DNA from: a virus | Lineage: Duplodnaviria > Caudoviricetes | Virus record (IMG/VR): IMGVR_UViG_2634166419_000001 | Coordinates: 9,824-73,823 of that record | Length of the DNA stretch: 64,000 bases | Reading direction: 5' to 3' (one strand) | Shown here: positions 9,459 through 19,300 of the stretch, piece after piece | Position numbering within the stretch: position 1 is the first letter of the stretch | Layout of the letters: each line of letters starts with the position of its first letter | Made by a program: the position numbers and the translations under genes | Notes under the pieces: generated by a model | Seen by the model: the letters and a program-made list of their open reading frames with translations, nothing else | Told to the model about the DNA's origin: nothing | Database searches by the model: none

Positions 9459-9783
9459 AGGCATTACGGTCATTTTAGTTGATAAGATTAGTGATGGTGT
9501 AGATCCGTTTGGTACACCTATCTATCGCGATGCTGAAATACCAGTCGATAATGTATTAGTCACACCATCCACTACTGATGATATGGTCAATCAACTAAAT
9601 TTGACAGGTAAGAAAGCTGTTTATACCTTAGCTATTCCAAAGGGCGATGAACACGACTGGGAAGATAAGGAAGTCAGATTCTTTGGTCAAACTTGGCGGA
9701 CTTTTGGCTTTGTGACTCAAGGGATTGAGCATCTAATTCCGCTTGATTGGAACAAGAAAGTGATGGTGGAGCGCTATGAGTAG
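9445..9783 (+). CDS. Head closure / head-tail adaptor
   Basis: DPFGTP motif; position. Confidence 0.65.
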   Translation: MTMIKGITVILVDKISDGVDPFGTPIYRDAEIPVDNVLVTPSTTDDMVNQLNLTGKKAVYTLAIPKGDEHDWEDKEVRFFGQTWRTFGFVTQGIEHLIPLDWNKKVMVERYE

Positions 9784-10012
9784 CTTTAAATTCAAACTGA
9801 ATCGAAGCGGTGTGCGTGAACTGATGAAGTCAACTGAGATGCAATCGGTGTTGACTAACTACGCATCTAACATCAGAAACCGATGTGGTAATGGCTATGA
9901 GCAAGATATATATGTTGGTAGCAATCGTGCAAATGCGATGGTCAGTGCTGCAACAGCTAAAGCTAAAAGAGATAATAAAAAGAATAATACGCTATTAAAG
10001 GCGGTGCGTTAA
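9776..10012 (+). CDS. Neck / tail completion protein
   Basis: Small basic protein in the neck module. Confidence 0.6.
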   Translation: MSSFKFKLNRSGVRELMKSTEMQSVLTNYASNIRNRCGNGYEQDIYVGSNRANAMVSAATAKAKRDNKKNNTLLKAVR

Positions 10013-10348
10013 ATGATTGAACTGATTATCAAACAGTATTTAGACAGTCATTTAGATGTACCGTCTTTTTTGGAGCGAAAAAGTACAATGCCAGCTAAAT
10101 TTGTGTTGTTTGAAAAGACAAGTGGGGCTAAGAATAATCATTTAAAATCAGCAACCTTTGCATTTCAAAGTTATGCAAAATCATTATATGATGCAGCAAT
10201 GCTTAATGAGCAAGTAAAAGAAGCTGTTGAGCAAATGATTGAATTACCTGAAATTAATGGCATTGAATTAAATAGTGATTATAACTTTACTGATGAAGAA
10301 ACAAAAGAATACCGATATCAAGCGGTATTTGACATTAATTATTATTAG
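10013..10348 (+). CDS. Tail terminator protein
   Basis: Precedes the major tail gene; YRYQAVF C-terminus. Confidence 0.65.
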   Translation: MIELIIKQYLDSHLDVPSFLERKSTMPAKFVLFEKTSGAKNNHLKSATFAFQSYAKSLYDAAMLNEQVKEAVEQMIELPEINGIELNSDYNFTDEETKEYRYQAVFDINYY

Positions 10349-10360
10349 GAGGATATATAA

Positions 10361-10915
10361 ATGGCAGATGTAAAAAATGTAACTGCAGCTAAACCTAAAG
10401 TCGGTGGAGCGGTATATTCAGCTCCTCTTGGAACTACACTACCCACAGATGCAACAACAGCATTAGACGCAGCATTTAAAGCTTTAGGATATATTTCAGA
10501 AGATGGATTAACTAATGAAAATAGTCCATCATCGGAAAACGTTAAGGCTTGGGGTGGCGATACGGTATTAACTACCCAAACAGAAAAGGAAGATACGTTT
10601 AGTTATACTTTAATTGAGTCGTTGAATGTTGAGGTATTAAAAGAAGTCTATGGTGCTGATAACGTAAGCGGAACTTTAGATACCGGTATTACAATCAAAG
10701 CCAACTCTAAGGAATTACCCGAGCATTGTTTAGTAATCGAAGTAATCCTTAAAGGTGGGGTATTAAAACGAACAGTATTACCAGTGGCGAAAGTATCAGA
10801 AATTGGCGAAATTAGCTATACAGATGGTGATCCTGTTGGCTACGAAATTACGATTCAAGCCTTGCCAGATACAAATGGCAATACGCACTATGAATACATC
10901 AAGAAACCTGAGTAG
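10361..10915 (+). CDS. Major tail (tube) protein
   Basis: LGYISEDG...KAWGGD siphovirus tail-tube motifs. Confidence 0.88.
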   Translation: MADVKNVTAAKPKVGGAVYSAPLGTTLPTDATTALDAAFKALGYISEDGLTNENSPSSENVKAWGGDTVLTTQTEKEDTFSYTLIESLNVEVLKEVYGADNVSGTLDTGITIKANSKELPEHCLVIEVILKGGVLKRTVLPVAKVSEIGEISYTDGDPVGYEITIQALPDTNGNTHYEYIKKPE

Positions 10916-10940
10916 GTGCTGAGGTTGGAGGTTAAATCAG

Positions 10941-11201
10941 ATGATTAAAGGAAAAACAAAGTCAGGATTCAAATTTGAAATTGATGATGCAGTATTAAAT
11001 GACTACGAAACAATCGAACTATTAGGCGACGTGGAAGAAAATCCGTTACTATTTCCGAAAGTTGTCAAACGAATTTTAGGCGATGAACAGACTACAGCTT
11101 TAAAAAATCATATTCGTGATGAAAAAGGACGAGTGAATGCAGAAAAAATGACTGCAGAAGTTACGGAAATTTTTCAAAGTCAGGCTCAACTAAAAAAATA
11201 A
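10941..11201 (+). CDS. Tail assembly chaperone (gpG-like)
   Basis: Between the tail tube and tape-measure genes; ends in slippery A AAA AAA TAA. Confidence 0.75.
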   Translation: MIKGKTKSGFKFEIDDAVLNDYETIELLGDVEENPLLFPKVVKRILGDEQTTALKNHIRDEKGRVNAEKMTAEVTEIFQSQAQLKK

Positions 11202-11215
11202 TAATCCTTGCCAAA

Positions 11216-11593
11216 ATGCTCAAAGTAGACGAAGATGCGATTATTTGCGACTTAGCTGAGACATACAATATCTACGATTATAGACAGCTACCTGTATCAA
11301 AGGTGGCTGTTTTTGTTTGTGGTTTAAGGTCAGATTCGCGAATCATGATGAAGATTAGCGATTCTAAATTGCCTTTAGACACGTTGTTACTTGCTGGAGT
11401 AGCTGACAGATTAAGTATCATGCTTTGGCAAAATACGAAAGATGGTCAACGCGGAAAAAATCAACCTGTATCTATTGTTGATCAACTAACTAAGCAGCAA
11501 ATCGAACGCGAAGAAGTATCATTTGAGTCTGGCAAGGATTTTGAAGCAGAAAAAGCAAGAATTTTAAGAGGGGGTGTGGTGAATGGCGACTGA
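11216..11593 (+). CDS. Tail assembly chaperone, -1 frame part (gpT-like)
   Basis: The -1 frame is open from the A7 run at 11192-11198 into this ORF. Confidence 0.7.
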   Translation: MLKVDEDAIICDLAETYNIYDYRQLPVSKVAVFVCGLRSDSRIMMKISDSKLPLDTLLLAGVADRLSIMLWQNTKDGQRGKNQPVSIVDQLTKQQIEREEVSFESGKDFEAEKARILRGGVVNGD

Positions 11594-12113
11594 ATTAGGT
11601 CAAGCGTACGTCCAAATTATGCCATCAGCGAAAGGTATTAGTGGTATGATTCAGAAGCAAATAGAGCCTGAATCAAAATCGGCTGGTGCTAGTGCAGGAA
11701 TTAGTTTGGGTAAATCAATGATTACCGCAGTTACAGCTGCTATTGCGGCTGCTGGGATTGGAAAGATGTTTGCTGCATCAATTTCTGAAGGAGCGGCACT
11801 TCAACAATCTTTGGGTGGTGTTGAGACGCTATTTAAGAGTAGCGCTGATACGGTCAAAAACTACGCTAACCAAGCATACAGAACAGCCGGAGTGTCGGCT
11901 AATAAGTACATGGAAAATGTTACTTCCTTCTCGGCTTCCTTAATTTCTTCGCTTGGTGGCGATACTGCTAAGGCTGCAGAGTTAGCCAATACGGCTATGG
12001 TTGATATGTCGGATAACGCAAACAAGATGGGTACCGATATGGAATCCATCACACAAACTTACCAATCTTTAGCGCGTGGAAATTATGCCATGTTAGATAA
12101 CTTGAAGCTCGGT
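11583..12113 (+). CDS. Tape measure protein, exon 1
   Basis: MATELGQAYVQIMPS...GNYAMLDNLKLG; joins in frame to YGGTKSE at 13024. Confidence 0.9.
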
Positions 12114-12211
12114 AGAAAATCCATAGCCGAGTATAAACCTAGTGAAAACGGTGAAACTCTAAGTTTAGCGGCTTAGACAATACCGTGCTAAGCAAGAATT
12201 AGATACTTTGC

Positions 12212-12240
12212 TTGAATTTTACGTATTAGTTTGATAAAAT
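12212..12240 (+). promoter_or_regulatory. Intron-internal sigma-A promoter for the homing endonuclease
   Basis: TTGAAT-17 nt-TAAAAT with TGn extension. Confidence 0.55.
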
Positions 12241-12270
12241 AAAACATATAAATACGTGGAGGGTTGCAAA

Positions 12271-12831
12271 GTGTGGAAGAAAATTGGTAGAAATCCAAAT
12301 TATTCAATTAATGAAAACGGCGAAGTTAGAAATGATAAAACAAATCATATAAAAAGTTGTTTTGTAAATCCTAAAAATAACTATCTCATGGTTGACCTTT
12401 ACGAAAATAATCAACCAAAGAAAGTCCCTATTCATAGATTGATTGCAGAGGCTTTTATTCCAAATCCAGAGAATAAAGCGACTGTAGATCATATAGATGG
12501 AAACAGACAAAACAACGATATTTCTAATTTGAGATGGGCAACTTACTCAGAGAACAATTCTCGGTTTGGAACCGTTGGAGTAAGAAGCGAAGCGGTTGTT
12601 GTTACTAAGTATAAAGAAGAACGGAAAAAACGAGGCGGTGGACATTTAGCGTGGTTAGATGTCATCGAAAAACTTGAGTTCGAGAGTATATCGGCAACTG
12701 CAGAATATTTCGGTTGTACTATTTCTAACGTTTCTTTAATGTTAGAAAAAGGTACAATCGGGCAGCGCGGAAAAACGAGAGGATATCAATTTTCTTATAA
12801 GAACGGTAAACGTTCGACTTATAATTCTTGA
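12271..12831 (+). CDS. Intron-encoded NUMOD4-HNH homing endonuclease (I-HmuI-like)
   Basis: WKKI...YSINENGEVRN, HRLIAEAFIPNP, VDHIDGNRQNNDISNLRW; GGAGG RBS before GTG 12271; lies in the P6 loop. Confidence 0.9.
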   Translation: MWKKIGRNPNYSINENGEVRNDKTNHIKSCFVNPKNNYLMVDLYENNQPKKVPIHRLIAEAFIPNPENKATVDHIDGNRQNNDISNLRWATYSENNSRFGTVGVRSEAVVVTKYKEERKKRGGGHLAWLDVIEKLEFESISATAEYFGCTISNVSLMLEKGTIGQRGKTRGYQFSYKNGKRSTYNS

Positions 12832-13023
12832 AAGTGTAACGACTATCGAAACAGAGAAAACACCTGAAAGGGTGTTTTTTTTAATGGAGTAGAGTAGGAT
12901 TCAAGCGAATTCGAAGCGCTAGGATGCAGAAATGCATAAGAGATAGTCTACTCTCTATGGTGACATAGAGCAGCTCTAAAAGAGCGGTCATGAGTTAGCG
13001 ACTTGTGGCGAATGTGTACCAAG

Positions 13024-14853
13024 TATGGTGGTACGAAATCTGAACTGGAACGCTTGATGCGAGATGCAGAAAAACTGACTGGTGAGCATTACACAGTTGG
13101 GGATTTTGCCGATACCGTCAAGGCGATTCATGCAGTGCAAGAGAGCATGGGCATTACAGGCACAACAGCCAAAGAAGCAGCAACAACTTTAAGTGGTTCA
13201 CTAGCAAGTATGAAGGCAGCGTTTAGTGATGTTTTGGGTAAATTATCGTTAGGTCAAGATATTGTTCCGTCTTTAAATGCGTTGGCTGAAACAACTGCTA
13301 CATTCTTATTTGGCAATTTCATTCCGATGGTTGGTAACATTCTAAAAGGATTACCAACTGCAATCACCACGTTCATTTCTGCAGCAATCCCTCAAATGAC
13401 CGCAGGATTACAATCGGTGTTTTCTGATATAGGTGTAGATATTGATTTTTCGGGGTTAACTTCTAAATTTTCAGGAATTATAACTGCTATTCAGCCGATA
13501 ATCAACGGACTAAAAACAGCTTTTGGACAGCTTCCAAGCCTATTTAATTCAGTAGTAAGTTCTGTTACACCGGTCATTAATACATTAGTCAGTGGCTTTA
13601 GTCGATTAGATTTTAGTGGTATTCAGACATTGATTTCTTCAATTATTCCGGCTATTCAAACTGGATTTAGCACAATGATGTCTATTGTCGGTCCAGCAAT
13701 CGATAGTGTGGTCAATTCGTTTGTATCAATGTGGAATGCAGCACAACCACTTATTTCTGTGATTAGCGGTGCTTTGATGCCTGCTTTTCAAATCTTAGGT
13801 TCATTTTTAGGCGGTGTGATTAAAGGTGCATTAATGGGTATATCGATGGCTTTTGATGCGGTAAAAATTGCAATCGAATTTTTAACACCAATTATTACAA
13901 TTGTCGTAAATGCATTTAGTACATTATCGCCAATTTTGAGTACGATTGCTCAATGGGTAGGCACGGTAATTGGATTATTTGGTAATTTGGGTACTGCTGG
14001 TCAAGGATTGAGCAGCTTCATTCAGTCAGCGTGGTCAAACATTCAAACAGCTATTTCTACTGCAGCAAGTGTAATCGGAACAGTTATTGAATATATTAAA
14101 CTAGCTTTTTCGGGAGTTGGTAATGCTGCTCAAGTTGTCAAAAATATCATATCGATTGTTTGGATGGCTATTGGCGATGTCATTCGAACAGTGGCATCAG
14201 CAATCAGAAGTGCGATGTCAGCTGCAGGAAGCGCGTTTAGTGGCTTTGGAAGTGTCGTATCAGCTATATCAGGTACGATTAAAGGCGTTATAAACGGTGT
14301 AAAAAATACTTTTAATAGTTTAAAAAATATTAACTTAGTTGGTGCAGGTAGCGCAATCATGAATGGATTTTTAGGCGGTTTGCAAGCTGGTTTTAATAAA
14401 GTAAAAGGATTTGTTGGTGGTATTGCAAGCTGGATTAAAGAACATAAAGGTCCAATCAGCTATGACCGTAAAATCTTGATTCCGGCCGGTAACGCAATTA
14501 TGAAAGGTCTGAATGAAGGGTTAAGCACACAATTTAAAGATGTGCAATCAAATGTTTTAGGCATGGCTGATACACTGGCTAATACATTTAATCCTGATTT
14601 GAATGCAGAATTGAGTGCAGTTGGCGATGTGCAATTAGCTGTATCGTCAAAAGGTTTATATGATAGTTCTAGCCAACAATCAAACAAAGAATCATATTTA
14701 ATGGACTTATTGGTTAAAATGGCTAATCGTCCAGTAATTATCGAAAATAAAATGGATGGTAAAAAGATTGGTCAGATGGTAGCTGAACCGGTGACAGATG
14801 AACAAAATAAACGACAAGCAATATTAAATGCTGTGTATGGATTGGGGTGGTAA
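13024..14853 (+). CDS. Tape measure protein, exon 2 (spliced product ~786 aa)
   Basis: YGGTKSELERL..., amphipathic repeats, HKGPISYD motif. Confidence 0.9.
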   Translation, partial: YGGTKSELERLMRDAEKLTGEHYTVGDFADTVKAIHAVQESMGITGTTAKEAATTLSGSLASMKAAFSDVLGKLSLGQDIVPSLNALAETTATFLFGNFIPMVGNILKGLPTAITTFISAAIPQMTAGLQSVFSDIGVDIDFSGLTSKFSGIITAIQPIINGLKTAFGQLPSLFNSVVSSVTPVINTLVSGFSRLDFSGIQTLISSIIPAIQTGFSTMMSIVGPAIDSVVNSFVSMWNAAQPLISVISGALMPAFQILGSFLGGVIKGALMGISMAFDAVKIAIEFLTPIITIVVNAFSTLSPILSTIAQWVGTVIGLFGNLGTAGQGLSSFIQSAWSNIQTAISTAASVIGTVIEYIKLAFSGVGNAAQVVKNIISIVWMAIGDVIRTVASAIRSAMSAAGSAFSGFGSVVSAISGTIKGVINGVKNTFNSLKNINLVGAGSAIMNGFLGGLQAGFNKVKGFVGGIASWIKEHKGPISYDRKILIPAGNAIMKGLNEGLSTQFKDVQSNVLGMADTLANTFNPDLNAELSAVGDVQLAVSSKGLYDSSSQQSNKESYLMDLLVKMANRPVIIENKMDGKKIGQMVAEPVTDEQNKRQAILNAVYGLGW

Positions 14854-14856
14854 ATC

Positions 14857-16344
14857 GTGTTAAGAGTGACTTTTAATGGCGTTGATTTAACTAGATATTT
14901 AGTAGTACTCAAAGGATTTACCGCCTTTGATGGAGCAGATTTTAAAGTATCAACATTGGAATATCAAACATTAAACGGCGAAGAATTTAACTACACTCGC
15001 AAAGGCAGTAAAAAAATTGAGATGCCTTTTTATGTGAAATATGAGAATGCTGCTGAGTATGATCGTCTACAACAGATTTTGAATGTTAGTGAACCAAAAC
15101 CATTGGAGTTTAGCCATATACCAAATCGTGTATTTTATGCTATACCGTCTGGCACACTTGATTTTGAAGAATATAAGATGAACGGTAAAGGTACGATTAC
15201 ATGGTTAATACCTGATGGCTTGGCTCATGCAAAAAATATCAAATCTTTTCAGTTTAATTTCAATTCTGCTAAGGGATGTTACGAGACCACTATTGTAAAC
15301 AATGGAAGTGAATCAGTCCCTATCAATTACCGCGTAAAACTTAAGAAAGAATCAGGCTATCTAGGAATTGTCAGCCAACACGGAGTCATCCAATATGGCA
15401 ATCCGAAAGAACAAGATTTTACTGAAGCGAAAAAGAGTGTCAAATTGTTAAATAATGCCGGCGGAGATTTTGCTAACTGGACCAAAGGCACGGTCTTTTA
15501 TGAAAACCAATCAAAGAAAACAGTAACCGACATGAGCGTTTGGAGTTCGTTTGGGGGTTGGTTAGGCAAATTACCTAGTGGATATTCAAATACAGCAAGT
15601 GCTAGCTATTTTGGTGATATCAAAGAAATAACCTTACCTGAACAAGCAACTGATTGGTATTTATGGGCTCGTGCGTGGTTCGAGACCGGCTTGATGGGCC
15701 AGACTGGAGAGTGGGCATTAACAGTCATTGACGAAAATAATAAACTTATTGCCGGTATGGTTTTGGAAAAATACGATAGAGTCGGAAACACAGCGCAATG
15801 TTCTTTTCTAATCGGCGACAATGGTGGTTCGCTCGTCAAAAAGACGATTAATTTCACACCAAGCGTTTGGGTTAGCCAAAATCCTTATGGTGGGGAAGGA
15901 CGTGACCAAAACAGAAACATGTTCGATTTGAAAAAGACTTCAGACAAAGTGACTTATTATTGGTATGGCACACACTACACATATAGTGATAGTCGATTGA
16001 GAGATAAAAAAGCAACTAAAATACAATTTTTTGTTGGACAAATGGCAGGTCGTAATACCACAAATCAGCTAGTAACACATCATTATTTGAGTGACCTGTC
16101 CTTTACCAAACTCAACGTCCCTTACTGGGTGGACGTGCCTAATAGATTCCCAGCAGGGGCCAATATGTATGTAGATGGCGAAAAGGGAAATCTTTATGTC
16201 AATAATCTGATTTCACATGATGATGAAGTTGTGGGTACCGATTATTTCCACGCGCCACCAGGAGAAACGACTATACAGCTTTATGTATCGTCATTCAGCG
16301 AGATTGAATCAGCTACTGCAGAAATTAAGGAGGCTTATATTTAA
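14857..16344 (+). CDS. Distal tail protein (Dit), enlarged
   Basis: Follows the tape-measure gene; VTFNGVDL N-terminus; 495 aa suggests an inserted binding module. Confidence 0.8.
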   Translation: MLRVTFNGVDLTRYLVVLKGFTAFDGADFKVSTLEYQTLNGEEFNYTRKGSKKIEMPFYVKYENAAEYDRLQQILNVSEPKPLEFSHIPNRVFYAIPSGTLDFEEYKMNGKGTITWLIPDGLAHAKNIKSFQFNFNSAKGCYETTIVNNGSESVPINYRVKLKKESGYLGIVSQHGVIQYGNPKEQDFTEAKKSVKLLNNAGGDFANWTKGTVFYENQSKKTVTDMSVWSSFGGWLGKLPSGYSNTASASYFGDIKEITLPEQATDWYLWARAWFETGLMGQTGEWALTVIDENNKLIAGMVLEKYDRVGNTAQCSFLIGDNGGSLVKKTINFTPSVWVSQNPYGGEGRDQNRNMFDLKKTSDKVTYYWYGTHYTYSDSRLRDKKATKIQFFVGQMAGRNTTNQLVTHHYLSDLSFTKLNVPYWVDVPNRFPAGANMYVDGEKGNLYVNNLISHDDEVVGTDYFHAPPGETTIQLYVSSFSEIESATAEIKEAYI

Positions 16345-19300
16345 TGGATCATATTCGTATAGCAATACGCGACTCAACCGATAGCATGAATATTTGCTTT
16401 TTAGATAATAAGGCAGGAATTAAATTTCATGAGGCAACCTTACAGCGATTTCTAAAAGGTACGTGTAATTTTCTAACTTTAAAATTCTACGGAAAAGACA
16501 TAGATACTATTTATCCAGGTTGCAGATTAGCGTTTAAATATGCAGATAACGATTATTGGCTAACGATTAATAGCTTTGAAAAAAATGGCTATGAGTGTAG
16601 CTTGACTGCATACTCTTTATCGCTTGAAACGAACAAAGAAAAGCGCAAGGCATTTAAAGCGCCGAAGTGGACATTTAAGCAATATCTTGATTATATAGAT
16701 CCTGAACACAGTTTAACGTTAGGTCTCAACGAAGTCGCAAGTCAATCAATGCAATTGGAATGGTCGGGCACAGATACGATTCTGGCTCGACTTTTTAGTA
16801 TAGCCAATAGTTTTGGCGCGGAGTTGGAATTTGTCACCGAACTCAATGATGACTACTCGCTTAAACGCCATGTTTTGAATGTTTATAAGGTCGGCAATAT
16901 CGGCAAGGATAAAACAGGAATGCCGATAAGAGTAGGAAAATCATTAAAGGTCATTAATTACACAGCTAATATTGATGAGTTATACACTGCTATTCGTGTG
17001 CATGGGAAAGACGGGCTAACCATACAAGGTCTTGATAAGAAGGTTTATGACGAAGATAATAACTTACTTTACTATACGCAGGGCGACACGCTGTATGCGC
17101 CACAGGCTAGAGATAGATTTCCAGCTATTGCGCACAAAGCTAGCGACAGTTTTATTTGTTTGGAAAGTGAAGACACAGAGCACGCTACCAAAGAAGCACT
17201 GTATGCCTACATGCTTGGAGAACTCAAAAAGCACTCTGAGCCTAAAATCGACTATGAGACAGAAGGCTATGTGGACGGGGAGATTGGCGATAGAATGCTA
17301 CTGATTGACAGTGTGCATTACGATCCACCACTTTATGTCCAAGCTAGAATCAGCGAACAGACCATATCGCTATTAGACAAATCTAAAAATAAGACAGTAT
17401 TTACGAACTATGAGCGGAAAAAGTCGGAGATTGCTAATGAACTATTAGCTAAAATGAATGCCTTAATCGAAGAAAACAAGGTATTTGACGTGCAAATCCT
17501 AACTACCAATGGATATAGTTTTAAAAATGGATTTGGCGAGACTACACTTACAGCACGCGTCATGGACGGACCTAAAGACGTCACGAATGAGTTTAGCCTT
17601 ACCTGGTTTAAAAATTCGACAGAGTATTCCCACGACGCAAGTATAATCGTAAGAGCCGGTAGTATTGACGAATTAGCGACCTTTTTAGTTATAGCTGAAA
17701 AAGACGGTCGTGAACGTGGGCGGAACGAGTTAACAGTTTTTAATATTAAAGACGGTCAGCCAGGTAAAACACCAGTCGTGCATCTAGCATGGGCAGACTC
17801 AGCAGACGGTAGTGTAGGATTTACTTTGGAATTACCTACAGACTGGATACCAAAATATCGTGGTTACTATGTCGATTATTCCACGGTCGCAAGCACGAAT
17901 CCGAAATTGTATAAGTGGGAAAGAAATCCAGACGACGCTGCTAAAGTGGCAGATGAAGCAAAGGATAAAGCAGATGCGGCCGATAGTAAAGCAGATAGCG
18001 CTATAGACACAGCGAATAGTGCTAAAGATACAGCTGACGAAGCAAGTAAGCAGACAGCCTTAGTTAACGGATTGGCGAACGCTGCCAAAGATTTAGCAGA
18101 TAAAGCTAAAGCAGACGCAGCCGAAGCAAACAGATTAATTGGCCTTACAAACACGGAAATTAGTAAGTTAAATACGAATGTGGATAATGTGAAGTCTGAT
18201 TTAGCGAGCGCTGAAACTGAATTAGCTAGTAAAATTGAGACCGTCAAGACTACGCTCACTCAAAATTATGCTACTAAGACGAATTTATCTGAGACACAGT
18301 TAACGTTAAATAAGACAATAACTGACTCAGTGGCAAGCGTGAAGCAGGAAATGTCAGAAAAATACGCGGTTAAATCTGACTTAACCACACTACAAGGCGA
18401 ATATAACAGCTTTAAGGAAGAAACCGCAAAGAAAATAAGTCAGCAAGTATCTAGTATTGAAACTATACAGACAAATACGACTGAAGCCCAAAAGCTAGCA
18501 GGGAACGCTTATAATAAGGCACAAAGTGCGGCCACGAGCGCCACTAACGCAAGTAGCACAGCAAACAGCGCATTAGACAAGGCCTCAAATGCGACAAACG
18601 TAGCTAATAGTGCTAGCCAAAACGCCACTAATGCAGTGGCGAGTGCGAACAGTGCAGTATCAACAGCAAATACAGCGAAAGAAAATGCTATTAAGGCGAT
18701 AGCCGATGTAGCCGCATTGACTAAGACAGTAAGCAGTCAGAGTACGAAAATTGAGCAAACAAGTAATCGTATTGACTTAGTAGCGAATGGAATCACTGAA
18801 GTTGGGAACAAGCTAGATAACCTAAAACTAAGTGATGATAACTTGTTGGAAAAAACTGACACAAGCGTATTTGGAAAAGGTAATTGGTTTAATAATGGAG
18901 ATGGGAATATATCATTAGATAATAGTGTAAAATACCAAGGCAGACCAACATTGAAACTAGATTTTACTCAAAACAGCAGCGGAGCTAAAAACAATCAATA
19001 CATAACGCTTAAACCAGATACAGAATACTACTATTCAGCGGTTATCAAATCTAATAAATCTTTTAATGTTGGTAATTCTACCCCATTGCATATTTGGATG
19101 CACAACACTACAGCAACTGGCAACCATGCAGAAATAAGCATCTCGTATGAGCCAAATACCGTTAAGGCTAATGAATGGACAACTGTTATTAGAAAATTTA
19201 AAACGCCAAAAGATTACGATACTTACTATTTATACGTACTTCTATACGGATTGTCAGGTGTCGTAATAAACGTTGCTGATATTCAGGTTAGAGAGGGTAG

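Larger units (their letters stand above)
12114..13023 (+). ncRNA. Group I self-splicing intron (IA2-like) in the tape-measure gene
   Basis: U.G splice-site wobble in P1, P10 pairing, P3/P4/P5/P6/P7 stems, S element AAGAGATAGTCTA, terminal G at 13023, in-frame exon join. Confidence 0.93.

Noticed and set aside
11583-14853. Tape-measure gene as a pseudogene disrupted by an HNH insertion
   Set aside because: The insert has complete group I intron hallmarks and its removal restores the reading frame exactly.
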